A stretch of 18,720 bases of DNA from Thermoplasmatales archaeon SW_10_69_26 (GTDB lineage: Archaea > Thermoplasmatota > SW-10-69-26). The DNA lies in NCBI GenBank assembly GCA_003009755.1, contig PXUB01000010.1, positions 1-18,720 of the forward strand, given 5' to 3'. The position numbers were made by a program, and so were the translations under genes. Every line of letters begins with the position of its first letter. Within the stretch, counting starts at the first letter, position 1. Under the pieces are notes generated by a model. The model saw only the letters and a list, made by a program, of their open reading frames with translations. It made no database searches and was not told the origin of the DNA. Shown here one piece after another: positions 8,146-15,321 of the stretch.

Positions 8146-8793
8146 TCACCGGGGACCGCCGGGCAGGATGCGGCTGCCGACGGCGGCCACGATCGACCCG
8201 GCCACGGCCAGCACCGCGCACAGGTAGATTGCGTCCAGCGTGCCCGCGCCGCCGATGACGGCCGCCGGCGGTGCATCGGGTCCGGTCACGATGGCCTGCA
8301 GGTTGAGCAGATCGGCACCGACCAAGGTGCCCGCCGCGCCGGAGGTGAACGTCAGCGGCCCCCAGCGCTTGTACGTGGCTCCACCGAGCCCGACACCGAC
8401 CAACGTCGCGGTCAACGCGATCGGCAGGGCCGGGACCAGGATGCCCTCGCCCGGCGCATAGCGCGCCAGCCGGTAAGCCACGAAGGTCACGATCCCGACA
8501 CCGAGCGCAGCGCGGAACCAGGGGGCGCGTCCATCGTAGACGAACCGGATCGAGAGGGCCAGCGGGATGATCAGCCCCGCCGCGTTCACCGCCAACACCG
8601 TCTCCTCGAAGGCGTACACGGGCAGGTTGAGGCCGGCGACGAACGGCGCCAGGAAAAGCAAGACGAACGTCTCGCCCGCGCCGACGCCGACCATCGCGAA
8701 TCCCGAGAACGTGAGGTACAGGACGAGGACGACGGCGAGGATGAACGCGGCCGGTGCGAGTAGCTCGGGCCGCAGCAGCGCATCCAGGCTCAT
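8146..8793 (-). CDS. DUF1614 family integral membrane protein
   Basis: AVNAAGLIIPL, GTLVGADLLNL and IGGAGTLDAIYL motifs; multiple TM helices. Confidence 0.88.
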   Translation of the reverse strand: MSLDALLRPELLAPAAFILAVVLVLYLTFSGFAMVGVGAGETFVLLFLAPFVAGLNLPVYAFEETVLAVNAAGLIIPLALSIRFVYDGRAPWFRAALGVGIVTFVAYRLARYAPGEGILVPALPIALTATLVGVGLGGATYKRWGPLTFTSGAAGTLVGADLLNLQAIVTGPDAPPAAVIGGAGTLDAIYLCAVLAVAGSIVAAVGSRILPGGPR

Positions 8794-8802
8794 AGGGCCA
8801 CG

Positions 8803-9072
8803 TTAAGCCCGGTCGGCGGCGGTCCGCAGGCGGTGCTCGACGTCGGCGATCCGGTCGACGAGATCCTGGACGACGACGCTGTCCACCACACGGTCGCCAC
8901 GCTGGATGCGCTGGTAGACCTCGACGCCGAGCTCGGCGAAGAGGCGATCGAGTTCGCGGTCGAGCTGTTGCCGGGTGCGGGTCTCGCTGAGATCTTCTTT
9001 GATCTGGTGGGCGGCGGTCTGCACCACGTCCGCGCTGCGCGAGATCCCGTTCTTGATCACGTCCAGCGCCAC
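8803..9072 (-). CDS. Hypothetical helical/coiled-coil protein (89 aa), likely co-transcribed with DUF1614
   Basis: GTG 9072: MALDVIKNGISRSADVVQ...LFAELGVEVYQRI...; TATA-like TTATAC ~25 nt upstream; 9-nt gap to the DUF1614 start. Confidence 0.75.
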   Translation of the reverse strand: MALDVIKNGISRSADVVQTAAHQIKEDLSETRTRQQLDRELDRLFAELGVEVYQRIQRGDRVVDSVVVQDLVDRIADVEHRLRTAADRA

Positions 9073-9140
9073 ACCCCCACATGGGGGCTTTCGGTGTATA
9101 ATGCTGTCCCGATGGACCAAGCGCACCCCCCTCCAGATCG

Positions 9141-9263
9141 CTAGGATATGCCCTGGCACTCGCCGCAGCCGTTGAACAGGATGTCCTCGGCGTCGTCGAG
9201 GCTGATCTCCTCGAACTCGTGACCGCAACCCGGGCAGGAGATCGTCACGCGGCGGGGGCCCAT
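9141..9263 (-). CDS. Small CPxCG-type zinc-finger protein (40 aa), not in ORF track
   Basis: MGPRRVTISCPGCGHEFEEISLDDAEDILFNGCGECQGIS*: two CxxC pairs, acidic spacer, GC3-rich codons; fills the gap between rpl40e and the next gene. Confidence 0.75.
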   Translation of the reverse strand: MGPRRVTISCPGCGHEFEEISLDDAEDILFNGCGECQGIS

Positions 9264-9346
9264 GAGGTGGACGCCAACGCTGGACGGGTTGATGACGTTT
9301 GCGCTGCGGGACCCGAGCCCACCGGGCCGCTACGGCTTCGCCGGGA

Positions 9347-9496
9347 TCAGACGCCGCGGGTCTCGATCGCCTTGGGTCGCAGCTGCTTGGCGTTGCACTT
9401 GCGGCAACTCGTGGCGCGCGGAGCGTTGCGCGCGTCGCACTTCATGCAGATCTGCTTGTTGAGCAGGCGATCTTCCGCCTCGGGGAATCGAGCCAT
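9347..9496 (-). CDS. rpl40e: 50S ribosomal protein L40e (49 aa), not in ORF track
   Basis: [49 protein letters not shown]: typical archaeal L40e with ICMKC..RN...A..CRKC...LRPK. Confidence 0.96.
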   Translation of the reverse strand: MARFPEAEDRLLNKQICMKCDARNAPRATSCRKCNAKQLRPKAIETRGV

Positions 9497-9506
9497 CGTA
9501 GCACCA

Positions 9507-9566
9507 CTGCGGGGCTCGGCGGCCCCGCAACCCTCACACAGCCGCGGGCCCGATAAAAACCTTGTG
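9507..9566 (-). promoter_or_regulatory. rpl40e promoter (TTTTTATC) and 5'-UTR hairpin
   Basis: Minus strand reads CACAAGG-TTTTTATC, then GGGTTGCGGGGC-CGCCGA-GCCCCGCAG (stem 9507-9515/9522-9530) ending 10 nt before the ATG. Confidence 0.65.
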
Positions 9567-9609
9567 CGTCAGGGAGCGTTCCCCGCGCAAAGGATCCCGG
9601 CACGAACGC

Positions 9610-9932
9610 GGTTGGGAGGGAACACGCGGATGAGCAGCGGAGCAGAGGAGAGCCAAGCGTCGAACGTGGACGAGGGATGGAAGAAAGCTCTAGGAGACGG
9701 AGAGCGGTGGCAGAGCAGGGATAGCGAGGCAAGCCAGAGGCCAAGCCGCCCGCCGATCGCGTCCGTCCGCTGCACCTTGGCCCTTTCGCGACCCGGTGGC
9801 GATCCAGGGCTCGGGCCGGCGCCCCACACGGTCCTCCCCCGCTTGCCTGCTACCGTTTCCTCCGTTCCCCTGCCTCCCCTCTGTGGGATCTCTGTCTCTG
9901 TGGTCGGATCCGTCGCTACCCGCCCTCCGACC
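9610..9932 (+). repeat. ~320-nt imperfect foldback element (purine-rich left arm, pyrimidine-rich right arm); REP/MITE-like or ncRNA
   Basis: Interrupted helices 9610-9641/9909-9932 and 9693-9719/9842-9868, with inner stems 9739-9745/9776-9782 and 9792-9796/9811-9815. No credible ORF. Confidence 0.55.
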
Positions 9933-9942
9933 CCTGTCTGCC

Positions 9943-10611
9943 TCACCCGTCCGCCTTCGCGCTGAGCGCCCCCTCGCCGGGCGGCGACCGGGCCAGCACC
10001 ATGGCACGGGAAGCGTCCATCTCCTGGAGGTCGGACAGCATCTTGGCGAAGCTCTCGCGGCTGCGCGTCAGCTCGGCCTTGCCACGCGGCGGGTAGGGGT
10101 CGTGGAAGAGCACCTCGTCCTCGTCGATGCCGAGCACGACGACCCAGTGAGGGATCTCCTCGCCGTGCACCTCGTCCATGCCGACCAGGCAGTTGGGAAC
10201 CCAGCCTCGCTCGAGCGCCTGCTCGACGTCGGCCAGCGTCGGTGCGTGCTCGTCGAGCTGGGCGCCCTCGGCGAGCCCCTCCTCGCGGGCTTGCTTGCTC
10301 GACCAGCGGGCCAAGGTGGCGTCCTGCTCGGTCAGGAAGCCCAGCAGCAGCTCCCGAGGGATCGTGGGCGTCTTCTCGTTCACGATGCGGACGTCCAGGC
10401 CCCTGTCCAAAAGCGGCAGCGCGAACCCGAAGGCGTCGGTGCCGCCGATCCCGATCAAGCAGCAGCGCCGCCAGACCTTGAACTCGTTCACGCGCGCCAG
10501 CTCGAAGGGATCCCGCGTCAGGGCGGCCGTCGTCATCAGCACGCAGGCGGGACCGCACGTGAACTCGGACGTCTGCTCGTAGTAGGGAACGTCGAGGGCG
10601 CGCTCGACCAC
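9943..10611 (-). CDS. Peptidase C39-like protein (DUF3335-type)
   Basis: PYYEQTSEFTCGPACVLM (Gln/Cys) and PHWVVVLGID..VLFHDP (His/Asp). Confidence 0.88.
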   Translation of the reverse strand: MVERALDVPYYEQTSEFTCGPACVLMTTAALTRDPFELARVNEFKVWRRCCLIGIGGTDAFGFALPLLDRGLDVRIVNEKTPTIPRELLLGFLTEQDATLARWSSKQAREEGLAEGAQLDEHAPTLADVEQALERGWVPNCLVGMDEVHGEEIPHWVVVLGIDEDEVLFHDPYPPRGKAELTRSRESFAKMLSDLQEMDASRAMVLARSPPGEGALSAKADG

Positions 10612-10738
10612 CGGGCCAGCCAGCGTGGCCCGGCACTCATGAAGCTATCGTTCCGGGCGAGGGTGCCGGGCCGGCGCGAGCCGCCAGCGGCGCCGGCGAA
10701 CCCCAACCCGCGGCGCGCGTTCGCCCTCGGTGCCTGCG

Positions 10739-10940
10739 ATGCCCTGCGCGATGAAGCTCGCCACGGACGACGGGATCGACGACGTCGAAAACCGACTCCG
10801 AGAGGAGCTCGCGGAGGAGGGCCGCGATCGCGTCCGCGATGAAGCCGACCGACGCCCTCGGTCGTGGACGACCCCGAGATCGACAAGCTCGCCGAGGACG
10901 CCAGGCCCGGGTCTCCCGCGCATCGGAGCGCGCCTGCCCC
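10739..10940 (+). pseudogene. DUF302-family pseudogene (internal deletion plus frameshifts)
   Basis: The N-terminal piece MPCAMKLATDDGIDDVENRLREELAEEG is joined out of frame to C-terminal-like pieces IASAMKPTDAL and VDDPEIDKLAEDAR. The central GACNP/LLPC core is missing. The 3' limit is approximate. Confidence 0.55.
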
Positions 10941-11008
10941 GACGCCGAGCAGCTTCGAGCCCGACCCCGGCCGGCAGGTTTAACTCGGCCACCCGTCGTG
11001 AACCGTTG

Positions 11009-11287
11009 ATGGCGCGCTTGCGAGAGATCCCGGAGGGGTCGGCCCGACAGGCCCTCACGAACAAGGTCCTCGACGAGGAGGACGTCCGGGAGGCCTACGA
11101 GGACGACCCCGTGAGGGTCGACCTCGACGAGCTCGACCTCGTCGCCACCGACATCGGCGTCCCCGAACTGCTCCCCTACGAGTACGTCTACCTGGACGTC
11201 TACACCGACGGGGACCGGTTCTTCATCGACATCAACGAGACCGAGTACCGACGCTCGAGCTCGAAGACCCTCGAAAAGCCCGGCTGA
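11009..11287 (+). CDS. Hypothetical acidic protein (92 aa)
   Basis: ATG 11009 lies ~26 nt after TATA-like GTTTAAC (10978-10984); good codon usage; 9 nt upstream of the VOC gene. Confidence 0.75.
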   Translation: MARLREIPEGSARQALTNKVLDEEDVREAYEDDPVRVDLDELDLVATDIGVPELLPYEYVYLDVYTDGDRFFIDINETEYRRSSSKTLEKPG

Positions 11288-11296
11288 GGGTCCACC

Positions 11297-11692
11297 GTGA
11301 CGATCGAACGCGTCCTCGAGACCTGCCTCTACGTCGACGACGTGGAGGCCGCCGCCACCTGGTACGAGGACGTGCTCGGCCTCGAACGCTACGCCTCCTC
11401 TCCCCCGCGCCACGTCTTCTTCGCGCTCGCAGACCAGATGCTGTTGCTCTTCGATGCCGACGAGACCGACGACGCCGGCCCCGACGACAAGGCACCCCCG
11501 CATGGCGCCCGCGGTCCCCAGCACGTCGCCTTCGCCGTCGGATCCCTCGACGGCTGGCGATCCAAGCTGGAGGAGGCCGGCATCGAGATCACCGCCGAGT
11601 CCGACTGGGGCGGCGGCTCCTCCCTCTACTTCGAGGACCCGTCGGGGAACGTCCTCGAGCTGATGGAGAAGGGCGCTTGGCCCGTGTGGTGA
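11297..11692 (+). CDS. VOC/glyoxalase-bleomycin resistance family protein
   Basis: LETCLYVDDVEAAATWYEDVLGL, HGARGPQHVAF and SLYFEDPSGNVLEL motifs. Confidence 0.93.
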   Translation: MTIERVLETCLYVDDVEAAATWYEDVLGLERYASSPPRHVFFALADQMLLLFDADETDDAGPDDKAPPHGARGPQHVAFAVGSLDGWRSKLEEAGIEITAESDWGGGSSLYFEDPSGNVLELMEKGAWPVW

Positions 11693-11761
11693 GGACGTCC
11701 CCCGACGTTCGCACGCCCTGACGGGCGTCCTCGTCGGAGACCGTTCCGTCTTTGTCGATCT

Positions 11762-11815
11762 CCGACTGGGAACGTCCTCGAACTGATGGAGAAAGGTGCC
11801 TGGCCGGTGTGGTGA
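11762..11815 (+). pseudogene. Duplicated, synonymously diverged 3' end of the VOC gene
   Basis: 11768-11815 matches 11645-11692 at 43/48 nt. All five differences are synonymous third-position changes, both encoding GNVLELMEKGAWPVW*. Confidence 0.85.
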
Positions 11816-11851
11816 GACCCCACGGTTCCGTTCCACGAGCCGGGCCGTGGT

Positions 11852-13015
11852 TCACCCGACGTCGGGTTCGCTGTCGAGCATGCCGCCCTCGTCGTCGGAC
11901 GCTGCCTCGCCCTCTCCCTCGGGGGCGCCCTCGTCGGCGTCCGGCGTCCCCTCGTCCTCGCGCTGCTCCTCGACGTAGAGGCCCCACCGGTAGTAGGTCA
12001 GCGGGTGGTTCATCTTCTCGTGGGCGCACCAGTCGTCCCAGTCGTCCTCGGCCTTGGCCATCATCGGGCAGATCCCGTAGGTCTGCATCGATGAGCAGCC
12101 CGGCGGCGTGTAGCCGTCCCCGTCGTCGCCGCTGGTGATGTGGTCGACCTGGTACTCGGTCACGTCCATCGCGAAGTCCGGGACGTGGGGGAACAGCTCG
12201 TTGATGATCGTGTCCTTGTCCATGCCCGCCCGGTTGAGGAACGCCACGATCGCGAACCGGCCCTCGTGGCTGACGTTCTCGCCGGCGTGGATCGAGCTGA
12301 TCAACGCGTTCATGCACGGCGGGAACGCCTCCGGCTCGACCTGGTCGATGTCGACCTCCTCCCGACCGGCGCGCACCTCGGCCAACCGCGCCTCGAGCGG
12401 GTCGACCATCGTTTGCAAGGCCTCGCGCACGTCCGAGGGCAGCTCCAGGGGCAGCTCGTCCAATAGCTGCAAGCGCAGGGCCTCCTGCGCCAGGCGCGAC
12501 ACCTCGTCCCGGGTCAGCAGGACGTGGCCCTCGTCCATCGTGCGGTTGACGAGCTTCCACTCCAAGGCCGACAGCCGGCGCGAGGCGCCCAGGTAGGCGT
12601 CGAAGGGCACCCGCCAATCCTCCCCTCGCTCCCGGCCGGCCGGCTCTAGGGGGATACCTAGCGCGTCGCAGACCGCCACGAACCGGTCGTCGGCGTCCTC
12701 CCGCAGGTTCGAGGCCACGCGCTCGGCCTCCATCAACGCGAACCGGTTCGTCAACAGCGAGTCGTCGATGCAGCTCACCAGCAGCCGCGCGACGACGTAG
12801 CCGAGGACCTCGATCAACGCCTCGGCCTCCGAGCTGGCCGTCGGCTCGGGACCCTCCTCCCGCTCGAGCGCCGCAATCACCCGCTCCCGGCCGCGGCTGC
12901 GCGCCCGGTCGTAGGCGTGACCCTCCATGAGCCGGCCCAGGGTCGGGCCATCCTCCTCGACGAGGCTGCGCGCCTCGGGGAGGAACGGGTACCGGGTCAG
13001 CAGGGAGGGCTCCAC
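11852..13015 (-). CDS. priL: DNA primase large subunit
   Basis: RYPFLPEAR N-terminus, WKLVNR, FPPCM, SHEGRFAIVAFL, PDF...TEYQVDHI, YTPPGC..MQTYGIC..C..HPL.YY (four Fe-S cysteines). GTG 13015 start. Confidence 0.95.
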   Translation of the reverse strand: MEPSLLTRYPFLPEARSLVEEDGPTLGRLMEGHAYDRARSRGRERVIAALEREEGPEPTASSEAEALIEVLGYVVARLLVSCIDDSLLTNRFALMEAERVASNLREDADDRFVAVCDALGIPLEPAGRERGEDWRVPFDAYLGASRRLSALEWKLVNRTMDEGHVLLTRDEVSRLAQEALRLQLLDELPLELPSDVREALQTMVDPLEARLAEVRAGREEVDIDQVEPEAFPPCMNALISSIHAGENVSHEGRFAIVAFLNRAGMDKDTIINELFPHVPDFAMDVTEYQVDHITSGDDGDGYTPPGCSSMQTYGICPMMAKAEDDWDDWCAHEKMNHPLTYYRWGLYVEEQREDEGTPDADEGAPEGEGEAASDDEGGMLDSEPDVG

Positions 13016-13117
13016 GAGGCCGCCTAGGTGGGGGTGGGACTTGAACGCTCGGCAGAGGGGCCCCGCCAACGGGGGCATACCGACACCCTCAAGCGAACCC
13101 TTGGCCCTGGCCAAGGT

Positions 13118-13627
13118 GTGTCCCTGCCCCGCTTCCTCGCCGGACCGCTGTCCTTCGGCCTCAACGCGGGCTTCGCCGCCGTGGCCGGCGTCCTGCTCGG
13201 CTGGGAGCCGACCCAGCTGCCGATGCTGACCCTGGTCACGTGGGGTGCTGGGCTGGCGCTGGTCGCCGCGACGCTCAAGATCGGCTGGCCGATCCTGCAC
13301 ACAGTCGCCGCCGGCACCCTCGTCGCCGCGGCCGCCACCGCCACGAGCACGGTCGTGTGGCCGTTGCCGCTGGCCGGAGCCGTCGTCGCGATCGCGATGG
13401 CCCGCTTCGCCAGCGTCGGGTTCGCCTCGCGGTGGGTGTCCCGCACGGTCGGCATCGGCGCGCTGGCGCTCGTCGGCGTCGCCGTCTACCTGTACGCCGG
13501 CGGCGGGCTCGAGCTTGGCCCCGACGGCGCCGACGGCCTCGAGCTGTTCGGAGCCACGATGGCGCTGATCGTCGTCGCCGCGCTGGGCCTGTGGCATCCC
13601 GGCCCCGACGAGGAGCAAAGCTCCTAA
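13118..13627 (+). CDS. Hypothetical integral membrane protein (~6 TM)
   Basis: Almost wholly hydrophobic. Start GTG 13118 chosen from TATA-like spacing. Confidence 0.7.
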   Translation: MSLPRFLAGPLSFGLNAGFAAVAGVLLGWEPTQLPMLTLVTWGAGLALVAATLKIGWPILHTVAAGTLVAAAATATSTVVWPLPLAGAVVAIAMARFASVGFASRWVSRTVGIGALALVGVAVYLYAGGGLELGPDGADGLELFGATMALIVVAALGLWHPGPDEEQSS

Positions 13628-13800
13628 AAGCAGAGGAGACCAGGTCCCCCGCCGATCGCCGGAGGCCTGGCGAGGGGGCACCCCTCTCGGGGCAACCCCT
13701 CCGTCGACGAGCTCCCCCAAGGGCCTTTGCCGAGCCCGTTGAACCGTCGGCCGGACGCGACCGGCGGAAAACCCTTGCACCCGGTCGGGGTTGGGCTCCC

Positions 13801-14526
13801 GTGGCCGACCCCGAGCCCGACCCGCTGGCCCCCGCCGCGCTCCGCGAACGGCTCGCGACGCGCCTGGGCCCCGACCCCGGCGCCCGCGAGGCCGAGCAGC
13901 TGGCGGTCAGCGGCGTGCTCGTCCCGATCGTCCCCACCGAGGCCGGCCCGCTGGTCCTTTCGACCCGCCGCTCCGAGGAGCTGTCCGCCCACCCTGGCCA
14001 GGTCAGCTACCCCGGCGGCCGCCGGGAACCCGGCGAGACCCTCGTCGACACCGCCCTGCGCGAGACGTTGGAGGAGACCGGGCTCGGCCAGGACGACGTC
14101 GACGTGGTCGGCCACCTCACCGACGTCGAGACGTTCAAGGCCGACCTCGTGTGCGTCTACGTCGGCCTCGTCGAGCCGCCGGTCGCACTCGAGGACCCGC
14201 TCACGCCCGAGGAGGTCACCGAACGCATGCTGGCGCCGGTGGCCGGCCTCCTCGAGGGCCGATCGGCCGCGCCCGCTCTCCGCGAGCCGCTCACCGCGTC
14301 CAGCCAACGCTGCCTGGGGACACCCTACCCGGTGCTCGACTACGAGGCCCGCGTGCTTCCCCGACCGGAGGCCCGCGAGCGCGTCCACTACTGGCACCTG
14401 GCCGAGGACACCACCCTGTGGGGCATCTCGGGCGAGATCACCGCCCGCCTGCTGCGTGACGTGCTCGACTGGACCCCGCCATCCAAGCCCCGCGAGGTCG
14501 ACACCCAGGACGATCTGATGCCCTGA
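13801..14526 (+). CDS. Nudix hydrolase, CoA pyrophosphatase (NudL/PCD1-like)
   Basis: TRRSEELSAHPGQVSYPGG, Nudix box GGRREPGETLVDTALRETLEETGL, and LWGISGEI. GTG 13801 start. Confidence 0.9.
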   Translation: MADPEPDPLAPAALRERLATRLGPDPGAREAEQLAVSGVLVPIVPTEAGPLVLSTRRSEELSAHPGQVSYPGGRREPGETLVDTALRETLEETGLGQDDVDVVGHLTDVETFKADLVCVYVGLVEPPVALEDPLTPEEVTERMLAPVAGLLEGRSAAPALREPLTASSQRCLGTPYPVLDYEARVLPRPEARERVHYWHLAEDTTLWGISGEITARLLRDVLDWTPPSKPREVDTQDDLMP

Positions 14527-14546
14527 CCGCGCGACCGACCGCCCGA

Positions 14547-14590
14547 AGTTGGGAGAGAGTTGGGAAGCAGTTGGGGAAACCCGTATACCC
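14547..14590 (+). promoter_or_regulatory. Three phased AGTTGGG(A/G) direct repeats (11-bp period) immediately upstream of the ccdA promoter
   Basis: AGTTGGGA 14547-14554, AGTTGGGA 14558-14565, AGTTGGGG 14569-14576, then GAAACCC-GTATAC ~25 nt before GTG 14612. Confidence 0.7.
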
Positions 14591-14611
14591 TTCGCAGTCA
14601 CAGGTTGATCC

Positions 14612-15316
14612 GTGCCCGACCCGGGAACCGGGCTCGTCGCCTTCGGCGCGGGCCTGTTGTCGTTCTTCGCCCCCTGCGTCCTGCCGGTCATCCCCGGCTA
14701 CGTCGCGTTCGTGACGGGCGGGGCCTCCTCCAGCGTGAAGCGCCGGCTGGGCCTCACCCTGGCGTTCGTCAGCGGGTTCTCGCTGGCCTTCGTCGCGATC
14801 GGGCTGCTCATCGGCCTGGTCGGCACCACCGAGGCCTTCCGGTCGGCCGAGACCTGGCTGCAGCGCGTCGGCGGCACCGTCATCATCCTCTTCGGGCTCC
14901 ACATGACCGGCCTGCTGACGCTCTCCTTCCTCCAGCGGGAGGTCCGCTACCAGGGCCAAGCCCCCGAACAGCTGGGCCCCGTCACCGGGGCCGCCTTCCT
15001 CGGCGCCGCCTTCGGCGTCGGCTGGAGCCCCTGCGTGGGCCCGGTCCTGGCCAGCATCCTCGTCCTCGCCGGTCTCGAGGGCGGCGTGCTCGCCGGTGGC
15101 CTGTTGTTGACCGCCTACGCGGCCGGGCTGGCCATCCCGTTCCTGATCCTCGGCGTCACCGCCGACCGCGGCGCCGCCTGGCTGCGCGACCACCAGCGCA
15201 TCGCCCAGGGCGTCGAGATCGTCGGCGGCACCCTGCTCATCGTGCTCGGCATCTTCGTCTTCACCGGCTCGCTCGCCCAGGTGCTCAGCTACGTCGTTCC
15301 CCGCAACCCGCTGTGA
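14612..15316 (+). CDS. ccdA: Cytochrome c biogenesis CcdA / DsbD transmembrane-domain protein
   Basis: AGLLSFFAPCVLPVIPGY and FGVGWSPCVGPVL motifs with the two redox cysteines; six TM helices. Confidence 0.92.
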   Translation: MPDPGTGLVAFGAGLLSFFAPCVLPVIPGYVAFVTGGASSSVKRRLGLTLAFVSGFSLAFVAIGLLIGLVGTTEAFRSAETWLQRVGGTVIILFGLHMTGLLTLSFLQREVRYQGQAPEQLGPVTGAAFLGAAFGVGWSPCVGPVLASILVLAGLEGGVLAGGLLLTAYAAGLAIPFLILGVTADRGAAWLRDHQRIAQGVEIVGGTLLIVLGIFVFTGSLAQVLSYVVPRNPL

Positions 15317-15321
15317 TCGCC

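Noticed and set aside
9610-9932. SRP (7S) RNA or RNase P RNA
   Set aside because: Size and rod shape fit SRP, but neither strand shows the helix-8 CAGG-GNRA-AGCA motif. The RNase P GAGGAAAGTCC signature is also absent.
10730-11287. Single 185-aa protein as in the ORF track
   Set aside because: The middle part is low-complexity Arg/Pro/Ser text. A TATA and ATG at 11009 define a separate gene, and the upstream part looks like a pseudogene.
11645-11815. Diversity-generating retroelement VR/TR pair
   Set aside because: Differences are synonymous and not adenine-specific, and no reverse transcriptase is in the window.
13016-13780. N-terminal extensions of priL (and likewise of the Nudix, dacZ, GIY-YIG and second ccdA ORFs)
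   Set aside because: They overlap other genes or promoters and are Arg/Gly/Pro-rich, typical of stop-poor high-GC DNA.
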